Both the position numbers and the translations under genes were made by a program. The notes below the pieces were generated by a model. That model ran no database searches, was not told the DNA's origin, and saw only the letters and a list, made by a program, of their open reading frames with translations. A stretch of DNA of 64,000 nt, taken from Octopus sinensis. Its lineage: Eukaryota. Each line of letters opens with the position of its first letter. The stretch's first letter is position 1. This document shows positions 1 to 9,861 of this stretch, piece by piece. The stretch is from contig NC_043024.1 in assembly GCF_006345805.1 (NCBI RefSeq), positions 9,734,001-9,798,000 of the forward strand, given 5' to 3'.

Positions 1-585
1 ATGTGTGTTTGTGTGTCTGTGTTTGTCCCCCTAGCATTACTTGACAACCGATGCTGGTGTGTTTATGTCCCCGCGGTTCGGCAAAAGAGACCGATAGAAT
101 AAGTACTGGGCTTACAAAAGAATAAGTCCCGGGGTCGAGTTGCTCGATTAAAGGCGGTGCTCCAGCATGGCCGCAGTCAAATGACTGAAACAAGTAAAAG
201 AGTAACCAGTCATTATCAATAGAAGAGCATACTCCATAATCTTTCTCATCTTCAACTATTCCATCTCCAATACAAAAGATTTGGATCCAATAATGGCCCT
301 TTCTTTGATTTGCAAGTTATTGGTAACCTTACTAGTGTCAGTGCCTTGATAAAAACCCCCGGTACACTCTGTAAAGTGGTTAGCATTAGGAAGGGCATTG
401 AGCTGTAAAAACCAAGTGTATATACCTACCTGCATGTGTGTGGACTGACCTTGGTGTGTATATATTCACCCCTGTATGTATACTCTGTGTATATATTTAC
501 CTTTGTCAGGACTCACCTGTGTTTTAGTACTCACCTATGTCTATACTTACCTGTGTCTATACTCACCTGTGTCTCTCTGTTGTAG

Positions 586-648
586 ATGAAAACCAAACAT
601 GAACAACTCCAAGAGGAATATAAGGAAACACAGGAAAATCTTCAAACG
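586..648 (+). CDS. CCDC93: CCDC93 internal coding exon (MKTKHEQLQEEYKETQENLQT); upstream exons lie left of the window
   Basis: tgtag|ATG...ACG|gtaaca; 63 nt, phase 0-0; coiled-coil heptads; splices in frame to the recognisable downstream exons. Confidence 0.75.
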
Positions 649-672
649 GTAACATTTTTATTCCTCTCCCTG

Positions 673-730
<58 letters not shown>

Positions 731-909
731 TTGTCTGTGTGTGTGTGTATATATATGTGTGTGTGTATATATGTGTGTGTGTGTGTGTGTATGTGTGTGT
801 ATATATATGTGTATGTGTGTGTATATATATGTGTGTGTATATATGTGTGTGTGTGTGTGCGTATATATGTGTGTGTGTGTATATATATATATGTATGTGT
901 GTGTGTATA

Positions 910-940
<31 letters not shown>

Positions 941-1378
941 ATATATGTGTGTGTGTGTATATATATATATGTGTGTGGTGTATATATATGTGTGTGTGTA
1001 TATATATAAAATTAAATTAAATGCGCCCTTTTAAAGCCTAGCCAGGCTCATGGGCCCGATTTCTCGGTTTCTATGGTGTATGTGTTCCCCAGCTGGACGG
1101 AGACACCAGTCCATCGCAGCGTGACTCATTTTTGCCAGCTGAGTGGACTGGAGCAACGTGAAATGAAGTGTTTTGCTCAAGAACACAACGCGTCGCCTGG
1201 TCGAGGAATCAAAACCACAATCTTACGATCATGATGCTGACACCCTAACCACTATATGGACCCTCCCAAAGGTCATTTGGACGAAACTCCCCAGGGGCCA
1301 TATGGACTTCAGCTGAGAGCCACTGATCTGCAGTTTTTGTCAGCTGAATTTCTTAACGATGTCCTCTTTGTCTTTTAG

Positions 1379-1452
1379 ATTCTTCAACGTTCAGATCGAA
1401 TCGATGGGGAAATGGACAAACTGAATGAAATGGAGACTTCTGAGAACCAAGG
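1379..1452 (+). CDS. CCDC93: CCDC93 coding exon (ILQRSDRIDGEMDKLNEMETSENQG)
   Basis: tcttttag|ATT...CAAGG|gtttgt; 74 nt; GG+A completes Gly with the next exon. Confidence 0.85.
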
Positions 1453-1739
1453 GTTTGTAACTTAGATCAATTCAACTTCAATTGATATTCAAATTAATTT
1501 ACCTATCTTGCAAAAAAAACAAAAAAAAGCAGAAAAGAAAAATTCAGTTTTTGTTATTTTAAAAAATTTTTCAATGAATATTTAAATTAATTGCCTAATC
1601 TTCAATTTATATTGAAATTAATTTGCCTATATTGCAAAAAAAACCCAGAAATTGCATAATCTTCTGAAAAGTTCCTAATTTTCATAATTTCACTAATAAT
1701 AGAAATAATAAATTTCTAAACCTCTCAGAGAGATTTAGA

Positions 1740-2660
1740 CAGTAGTAACATGATAAAGTGGTGGTATGTTGTCAACTTAATGTGACAGTCCCACGAAAGG
1801 GAAGAATGCTACTGTTATTTAGCCCTAGGAAGCACTGCTTCCTGTCGGCCTTGATACATTTCCTGTGTCCTTATGTTTACAAAGGGGGAGATAAGCACCT
1901 TCACCCAGCAATGCCAGCATCCAGAGACTAGTTTCTGAGTCATTGCTCGTCATCAGTCTGGTGTAGCATGGCCTGCCAGCTGTCGATGCCCATCTGCCTC
2001 TCTCTCTTTTTACTCTTTTACTTGTTTCAGTCATTTGACTACGGCCATGCTGGAGCACCGCCTTTAATCGAGCAACTCAACCCCGGGACTTATTCTTTTG
2101 TAAGCCCAGTACTTATTCTATCGGTCTCGTTTGCCGAACCGCTAAGTGACGGGGACATAAACACACCAGCATCAGTTGTCAAGCAATGCTAGGGGGACAA
2201 ACACAGACACACAACATATACGCACACATACATACATATATATATTCATATATATGACGGGCTTCTTTCAGTTTCCGTCTACCAAATCCGCTCACAAGGC
2301 TTTGGTCGGCCCGAGGTTATAGTAGAAGACACTTGCCCAAGGTGCCACGCAGTGGGACTGAACCCGGAACCATGTGGTTGGTAAACTAGCTCCTTACCAC
2401 ACAGCCACTCCTGCACCTCTGTAAACATATTTCAAGCGAAATACATTCACTGATTTCGAAAATAGAAATGACACAGGAAATGTGTCAAGGCTGACAGGAA
2501 GTGGTGCTTCCTAGGGCTAAATAGCCCCAGGAGACATAGTCTCCAGCTGGCTATACGACACAATCTGTGCGTCCTTGTTCAAAAATATAAGGACACAGAT
2601 CGTGTCATATAGCCAGCTGGAGACGATGTCTCCTGGGGCTAAATTACAGCAATATTCGTA
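1740..2660 (-). mobile_element. Penelope-like terminal-repeat fragment (1740-1975) with inverted partial copy (about 2465-2525) and foldback (2522-2641), interrupted by a SINE
   Basis: about 55-bp inverted homology 1813-1870 vs 2471-2525; hairpin arms 2522-2576/2589-2641; carries the hammerhead at 1921; no ORF seen, so the PLE call rests on architecture. Confidence 0.55.
1921..1961 (-). ncRNA. Minimal type-I hammerhead ribozyme motif in a Penelope-like repeat
   Basis: Minus strand: CCAGA-CUGAUGA-CGAG(caauga)CUCA-GAAAC-UA-GUC-UCUGG; helix I 5 bp, canonical core, palindromic helix III ACUAGU, GUC triplet; C/A mismatch at the base of helix II. Confidence 0.7.
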
Positions 2661-2714
2661 CTAAACCAGGACTGCCATGTTATGTTGGTAAAACAATCAT
2701 ATTTGGGATGTAGC

Positions 2715-3205
2715 CAATCCACTTATGCATACCTTTCCTTCTTGGGATGCAAAACTCTACTTGTGAAGACCTGTTGAGGCAAGTAGAAATCAGAATCAAA
2801 ATTGAAATCGATCAACATCAATGGAAATTGTAGCTGTGATACCAGTGCCGGTGGCACGTAAAAAGCACCATCCAATCGTGGCCGTTGCCAGCCTCGCTTG
2901 GCCCCTGTGCCAGTGGCACGTAAAAAGCACCATCTGATTGTGGCCGTTGCCAGCCTCGCCTGGCCCCCATGCCGGTGGCATATAAAAAGCACCATCCAAC
3001 CATGGCCGTTTGCCAGCCCCGTCTGGCACGGAAAAAGCACCCACTACACTCACGGAGTGGTTGGTGTTAGGAAGGGCATCCAGCCGTAGAAACACTGCCA
3101 GATCAGACTGGAGCCTGGTGCAGCCTTCTGGCTTCCAAGACCCCAGTTGAACCGTCCAACCCATGCTAGCATGGAAAACGGACGCTAAATGATGATGATG
3201 ATGAT
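2715..3205 (+). mobile_element. Short RTE 3'-UTR copy (3 units). Other short copies at about 6180-6515 (-), 7280-7430 (-), 8567-8770 (-), 9095-9388, 10966-11118, 36240-36400, 38850-39072, 41045-41680, 41845-42170 (-), 43935-44705, 47565-48160, 51340-51795, 58770-59020
   Basis: common tail cccactacactc..gagtggttggcgttaggaagggcatccagctgtagaaac...ccatgctagcatgg...(GAT)n. Confidence 0.85.
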
Positions 3206-3509
3206 CTGTTGCGATAAAAATCTTTGCAAATAATCCTTAAATTGAGAATTATATCTTCCAGTTTTTATTCTGGATTATTTTTCAGAATAGAGAGCTTTGC
3301 TCGAATGTTGAACATGCTTTAATTTTGGAAACACTTAAAGTGTTATTGTTTTTGTTGTTGCTGTTTAGTCAGAAGAGAAAAAGAGGCACCAATGACTCTT
3401 TAGAGTCTCCAAGAACGGTACCAGTAACTCACCGCCACCATCATCATCATCATTACCATCATCTTCATCTTTTCGTGTTTGTCATTATCATTGTTTTTTC
3501 CTTTTGCAG

Positions 3510-3591
3510 AGTCCTCGAAGAGTTGAGGAATTTAGTTGCAATGAATGAAAACCTAAAGAAACAAGAACAAGAGTTCAAATCCCATTGCAAG
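3510..3591 (+). CDS. CCDC93: CCDC93 coding exon (VLEELRNLVAMNENLKKQEQEFKSHCK)
   Basis: ttttgcag|A...AAG|gtaggt; matches the CCDC93 segment LVAMNENLKxQEQEFKxHC as recalled from the human protein. Confidence 0.95.
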
Positions 3592-4056
3592 GTAGGTGTT
3601 TACTCTTATACCCTGACCCCGCGGTCACTCAACTCCCTTCACTCTATCGTGTCTTGCTTTCATTCTTTGATGCCTTTCGTCCTTTCGGGGTCGATTAAAT
3701 AAGTACCAGTCATAAATTTGAGTCGATGTAATCGATTTAATTCCTTAACCTAAATTTGAGGCCTTGTGCTTCCAATAGAAGGAATTATTTATTACAAAAG
3801 CAGAAAGGGGCTCTCTACCCCACTTTTGACCAGGCTCCCGTGGCTTTTATGGGTTTTTCCACATGTAACTTTCGAAGCACCTCCCCCTATTGGGAGTTTT
3901 AATTGTTATATTTTCGTTGTTATCTCTGGAATTTTTACACGTTTTTTTTTCAAACAGAGAAAACCCTTTGTACCCTTTCGTCTTGTTTTGTCCCTTTATG
4001 TTATAGTTGATTTTTGTTAGCCCTTGTGGCCAATAAACAAATTAATTATTATTATT

Positions 4057-4090
<34 letters not shown>

Positions 4091-4096
4091 CTATTA

Positions 4097-4139
<43 letters not shown>

Positions 4140-4195
4140 TATCATTATTATTATTATCATTATTATCATTATTGTTATTATTATAACTATCATCA

Positions 4196-4241
<46 letters not shown>

Positions 4242-4269
4242 CATTATTATTATTATTATTATTATTATC

Positions 4270-4301
<32 letters not shown>

Positions 4302-4303
4302 TA

Positions 4304-4350
<47 letters not shown>

Positions 4351-4938
4351 GAATGAGAGAGCAGTTCATGCCATCAAAGTGACACTGGGGTAAAATATAC
4401 GAAGCCCAATATACCCATCATGACTACCCGTCTGATAAGGGTACACCAGGCACATGCATCACAACCATATATACGCGACATGGTGATCTCATATCAAGAT
4501 AAACAGCACATGACCTTGCAGGTGGGGCCCAGTTAGAATTTTCTTCAGGTTGAGTAGCCCATCCTGCTCAAAAGGTCCCTGAATAAGGGTTGTTTAAGGA
4601 CGTTGAACGAAACACCCATGTTTCCAGAGGTGAATTATTCAAACCCCAAAGAATCCCTCTCAACACATGGCTATGATGCTCCCCCCCCCACTACTTCTGC
4701 TCGTGATCAGAGATGCACATATCGTCAACCACTAAGGGACATGCTCAACTGGTTATGGTCAAACAACCGACAAGCAAATCTGTGGTATTATGCAGAATAT
4801 ATGCTTAGCCCATCTTTTATACCAAGACAAAACAATGTACATGATAACACTTCCAATCAGTTGAGATCAGAAGCCATGAGAGCCACTGCCTGGTACTGCA
4901 TCAGGGCATGGAGCCACTGCCTGGTACTGCATCAGGGC

Positions 4939-4941
<3 letters not shown>
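4351..4941. mobile_element. Unclassified about 590-bp dispersed element bounded on both sides by (ATT)n; partial copies at 52540-52645 (opposite strand) and 58660-58770
   Basis: three homologous segments in the window; 30-bp terminal duplication gagccactgcctggtactgcatcagggcat. Confidence 0.65.
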
Positions 4942-4972
<31 letters not shown>

Positions 4973-4994
4973 GTCGTTATTATTATTATTGCAG

Positions 4995-5069
4995 GAAGAG
5001 ATGTCCAGGTTAAAACAGAACATTCAGAAATTGAAAGATGAAAATGCTGAAGATGACTCTGATGATAAG
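4995..5069 (+). CDS. CCDC93: CCDC93 coding exon (EEMSRLKQNIQKLKDENAEDDSDDK)
   Basis: (tat)n-tgcag|GAA...AAG|gtaagg; 75 nt; corresponds to human EEMTRLQQEIENLK. Confidence 0.92.
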
Positions 5070-5446
5070 GTAAGGGATGTGTGTGTGTGTGTGTGTGTGT
5101 GTTGATGTCAGTCATACTTCTATATAAATACAGGTATACACAACACACGTGTACCTATACGTCCAGCTTTACTTTACATTCCACCACTTCACCTGTACAC
5201 ACACATTACATAACTCACCACACACACACACTCTATACATTCTCATCATATATATATTATATATACATATACACACATACTCAAACACCCTCATGAACTA
5301 TACACACACACACACTCTATATATATATACGCACACAAACACACTCACACATGCACGTAGATACATGTAGACACATTCCTCTTAATGTCCTTCATTCTTC
5401 AAAAATCATTTTGACTTTTTTCTTTGTTTTTCTTTTCATTTCCCAG

Positions 5447-5518
5447 CAACGAGTATCATTGATCGAAAGTCAATACGATGCAGACAAAGAGAAGCTACAG
5501 AAGATCAAACTGATGCAG
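5447..5518 (+). CDS. CCDC93: CCDC93 coding exon (QRVSLIESQYDADKEKLQKIKLMQ)
   Basis: long pyrimidine tract, tcccag|CAA...CAG|gtgaga; 72 nt; corresponds to human EKEKLYKIRLLQ. Confidence 0.93.
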
Positions 5519-5544
5519 GTGAGAACATTGCATTTGATGGCATA

Positions 5545-6130
5545 AGGTGGTGAGCTGGCAGAATCGTTAGCACACCGGGTGAAATGCTTAGCAGTACTTC
5601 GTCTGCCGTTACGTTCTGAGTTCAAATTCCACTGAGGTCGACTTTGCCTTTCATCCTTTCAGGGTCGATTAAATAAGTACCAGTTACGCACTAGGGTCGA
5701 TGTAATCGACTTAATCCGTTTGTCTGTCCGTGTTTGTCCCCTGTGTTTAACCACTTGTGGGTAGTAAAGAAATAGGTATTTCGTCTGTTACGTTCTGAGT
5801 TCAAATTCTGCTGAGGTCGACTTTGCCTTTCATCCTTTGAGGGTTGAGTTAATATGTACCAGTTACGCACTGGTGTCGATGTAATCAACTTAATCCGTTT
5901 GTCCCCTCTGTGTTTAGCCCCTTGTGGGTAGTAAAGAAATAGGTATTTCGTCTGCTGTTACGTTCTGAGTTCAAATTCTGCTGAGGTCGACTTTGCCTTT
6001 CATCCTTTGAGGGTTGAATTAATACGTACCAGTTACGCACTGGTGTCAATGTAATCAACTTAATCCGTTTGTCTGTCCTTGTTTGTCCCCTCTGTGTTTA
6101 GCCCCTTGTGGGCAGTAAAGAAATAGGCAT
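5545..6130 (+). mobile_element. Nin/Deu-domain-like SINE (family B) with its body tandemly triplicated (about 175-bp period); other copies 12755-12905, 13115-13330, 15405-15600, 25820-26045
   Basis: gagttcaaattc B-box-like motif, gcctttcatcctttc.gggtcgat.aaataagtaccag domain. Confidence 0.75.
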
Positions 6131-7559
6131 AAAAGACACCCAGCCATATTAAACATCCCCCAATTTCAACAGCAGATAATCATCATCATCATCATCGTTT
6201 AACATCCGCTTTCCATGCTAGCATAGGTTGGACGATTTTGACTGAGGGCTGGCGAACCAGATGGCTGCACCAGGCTCCAATCTTGATCTGGCAGAGTTTC
6301 TACAACTTGATGCCCTTCCTAACGCCAGCCACTCCGAGAGTGTAGTGGGTGCTTTTTACGTGCCACTGGCAGAGGTGCCAGTAAGGCAACGTTAGTAACG
6401 ATCACGCTCGAATGATGCCCTTTTACGTGCCACCGGCGTGGAAGCCAGTTGGCTGCTTTGGCAACGATCACACTTGGATGGTGCTCTTGGTACCCTACTA
6501 GCACGGGCACAAGTGCCAATACTAAGTGTAAAAAAGTTTTTAGTGCATTAGACTCGTTTGCCTGTCCTGTCTGTCATGTGTGATACCCAGGACATATTTC
6601 CTTGGTGCCCATGTATCATATATTATACATGTTCTCAGTTATTCCTTCTCAACCACCAGAGTAACTTGGGACACATGGAAGGAAAGCTTTGTTTCTCAGA
6701 ACATATGAAAAGCACCATTTGAGAGTGATCATTGCCAGCGTCGCCTTACTGGCACATGAAAAGCAGCATTCAACACTGTGGCACCTTGAGCCTCAGGCTA
6801 ACCAATGGGTGGGGTTTTTGGGGAAAAAAAGTGTCTTATATGCTCTCAAATAGCATATATAAAACCAATTGTTTCAATACTGTCTCACCAAAATTTTGTT
6901 GTAATTATTTCAAATTCCAAAGTTGTCTCCCCTGTATTTGTGGCTCAGAATTGTTCATGGAGTTTTTTTTTTAGTTTTTTCCCTCATTAAAATTTATCGG
7001 TTCACTTTGATCTTCTTACTATCAACCCATCTGAGACCACCACCTGGGACCATCGTCTATGGTTCTCTGATACCAATCTACCTAAGGCCACCACCTCTGG
7101 TTCCCTGGTACTATACTCACAACTGAATTCTGTTTCCTTCTAAAAGAGAATTCCTCTCAATCACCTAAATGAAATAATCTTCAGTTTTAACATCCAAATA
7201 TTCTTCTCACAGACGGACGTTCTTACAACAACTAGGGCCCATAGTTTATGGTGGTAAACAGGTATAATATGAGCACCCTTATCATCATCATCATTTAACG
7301 TCCGCTTTCCATGCTAGCATGGGTTGGACGGTTCAACTGGGGTCTGGGAAGCCAGAAGGCTGCACCAGGTCAGTCAGATCTAGCAGTGTTTCTACAGCTG
7401 GATGCCCTTCCTAACGCCAACCACTCCTTACATTGTGCTTATTCACCATTACAAATATTTCTTTGCCCCCACCCTGTTGTCAGATAATGGTTGACCCTAT
7501 AATAGGGTGTATGAGTCAGGTAATATTTGTTATATTTTTGAGACTTTTAAAAAAATGTT

Positions 7560-8036
7560 TATGCTAGCATGGGTTGGACGGTTCGACCGGGGATCTGGGA
7601 AGCCAGAAGGCTGCACCAGGCTCCACTCTGATCCAGCTGCAGAAACACTGCCAGATCAGACTGGAGCCTGGTGCAGCCTTCTGGCTTCCCAGATCCCCAG
7701 TTGAACCGTCGTTGGACGGTTCGACGGGGATCTGGGAAGCCAGAAGGCTGCACCAGGCTCCACTCTGATCCAGCTGCAGAAACACTGCCAGATCAGACTG
7801 GAGCCTGGTGCAGCCTTCTGGCTTCCCAGATCCCCAGTTGAACCGTCGTTGGACGGTTCGACCGGGGATCTGGGAAGCCAGAAGGCTGCACCAGGCTCCA
7901 CTCTGATCCAGCTGTAGAAACACTGCCAGATCAGACTGGAGCCTGGTGCAGCCTTCTGGCTTCCCAGATCCCCGGTCGAACCGTCCAACCCATGCTAGCA
8001 TGGAGAACAGACGTTAAACGATGATCATCATCATCA
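7560..8036. repeat. Three consecutive about 137-bp hairpin units built from alternating orientations of the RTE tail
   Basis: ggacggttc anchors at 7576, 7714, 7851, each followed by its own reverse complement. Confidence 0.88.
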
Positions 8037-8037
8037 T

Positions 8038-8180
8038 TTCATTTTTGTTTCATTTTTGTTTCATTTTTCGTTTCATTTTTCGTTTCATTTTACGTTTCAT
8101 TTTTGTTTCATTTTTGTTTCATTTTTCGTTTCATTTTTCGTTTCATTTTTCGTTTCATTTTTGTTTCATTTTTCTGTTTT
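8038..8180. repeat. 12-bp tandem (TTTCATTTTTCG/G)n forming the pyrimidine tract of the 8186 exon
   Basis: direct reading. Confidence 0.85.
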
Positions 8181-8185
8181 TTCAG

Positions 8186-8294
8186 GCAAAAACAAACCGT
8201 GAAATTGCCTCTCTGCAGCGGAAGATCGATGATGTACCATCTCGGGTTGAACTGAGTCAATATCAGAAACGCTTCTTTGAACTTTACAATCAAG
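8186..8294 (+). CDS. CCDC93: CCDC93 coding exon ([36 protein letters not shown])
   Basis: ttcag|GCA...CAAG|gtgagt; 109 nt; conserved NREIAxLxRKIDxVPSRxELxQYQKRF. Confidence 0.97.
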
Positions 8295-8770
8295 GTGAGT
8301 TGGCCGTGAAACGGTTTTTTTTTTTTTACAGTTCTTCGTTGCAGACTGGTTGAGTTCCAGTAATTGCTGAATATTTTCAGACTTTTTTTATAAAATTGTA
8401 GTGGCTGTGTGGTAAGTAGCTTGCTTATCGGCCACATGGTTCTTGGTTCAGTCCCACTGCGTGGCACCTTGGGCAAGTGTCTTCTACTATAGCCTCGGTC
8501 CGACCAAAGCCTTGTGAGTAGATTTGGTAGACAGAAACTGAAAGAAGCCCATCGTATATATGTATATCATCATCATCGTTTAATGTCCACTTTCCATGCT
8601 AGCATCGGTTGGACGGTTCAACTGGGGTCTGGGGAACCCGAAGACTGCACCAGGCCAGTCAGATCTGGCAGTGTTTCTACAGCTGGATGCTCTTCCTAAC
8701 GCCAACCACTCCGTGAGTGTAGTGGTGCTTTTTATGTGCCACCGACACAGGTGCCAGGCAAGGCTGGCGA

Positions 8771-8999
8771 AAGTAAATAAATGGAGTTGAACGCAGATGT
8801 TATTAAAATTCTTTTACTTTCGACATATGTTAATTGTTATAATGTCTTGTTGTTGAGATAGGCTCTCTTTCTTTCCTGATGAGAAGATTGCATTTTACAC
8901 CGTTTATTCCTTTGGAATAAAACCAATGTTGTCTTTGAAACATATGTCGAAAGTAAAAGAATTTTAATAACATCTGTGTTCAACTCCATTTATTTACTT
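8771..8999 (+). mobile_element. Penelope-like foldback: 60-bp inverted arms around a hammerhead
   Basis: 8771-8830 is the reverse complement of 8940-8999 with one mismatch. Confidence 0.65.
8871..8953 (+). ncRNA. Type-I hammerhead ribozyme motif, canonical core, extended helix II, CCDC93 sense strand
   Basis: CUUUC-CUGAUGA-[GAAGAUUGCAUU...UUUAUUCC uuu GGAAUAAA...AAUGUUGUCUUU]-GAAAC-AUAU-GUC-GAAAG; palindromic helix III ACAUAUGU; predicted cut after 8948. Confidence 0.75.
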
Positions 9000-9416
9000 A
9001 TACTACACAAATTACTGCACATTAACCCGGAGTTTCTACCTTTGAATAGGTCGCTTCATCCGTGTTACTTGCGTGAACTGTTTATTGAATTTTCTGTAAA
9101 AGCACCATCCGTTCGTGTCCGTTGCCAGCCTCGCCTGGCCCCATGCCGGTGATACGTAAAAGCACCATCCGTTCGTGGCCATTTGCCAGCTCTGTCTGGC
9201 ACCTGTGCGGGTGGCACGTAAAAAGCACCCACTACACTCACGGAGTGGTTGGCGTTAGGAAGGGCATCCAGCCGTAGAAACACTGCCAGATCTGACTGGG
9301 CCTGATGAAGCCTTCCAGCTTCACAGGCCCCAGTTGAACCGTCCAACCCATGCTAGCATGGAGAATGGACGCTGAATGATGATGATGAACGGTAAACAAA
9401 GGATAATTCATTCATC

Positions 9417-9457
<41 letters not shown>

Positions 9458-9691
9458 ATATGTTTGTGTTTCTGTGTTTGACCCCCCCCCCCCCCACCAA
9501 CATCGCTTGACAACCGATGCTGGTGTGTTTATGTCCCTGTAACTTAACAGTTCAGCAAAAGAGCATCCAGTTGGTGTAAAAAAAAATCTGCCTCAACAAA
9601 CTCCATCTGACCCATGCAAGTATGAAAAAGGGGACATTTAATGATGATGATGACGATGATGACTGATTTCTTAATTTTTTTTGTCTTTCAG

Positions 9692-9774
9692 TTGCTGCCA
9701 AACACAAGGAAACTAAACAATTCTACACACACTACAACATCCTTGATGATACAAAACTCTACAGAAACAAAGAG
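9692..9774 (+). CDS. CCDC93: CCDC93 coding exon (VAAKHKETKQFYTHYNILDDTKLYRNKE)
   Basis: ctttcag|TT...GAG|gtatgt; 83 nt; HKETKQFxTxYNxLDD motif. Confidence 0.96.
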
Positions 9775-9861
9775 GTATGTATACGTGTGTGCATGCATAC
9801 GCACATATATATATGTATGTATAAGGATGAAAAGGAAAGCACAAGTTGATATATATGGAAA

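Noticed and set aside
4860-4945. HDV-like ribozyme at the end of the (ATT)n-flanked element
   Set aside because: Looked for because R4/RTE-type elements can carry one, but no nested double pseudoknot could be traced by eye.
9757-9774. Unusual KLYRNKE in CCDC93 as a possible RNA-recoding site
   Set aside because: A-to-I editing of AGA or AAC would not restore the hydrophobic or acidic residues recalled from the human protein; more likely divergence or a base error.
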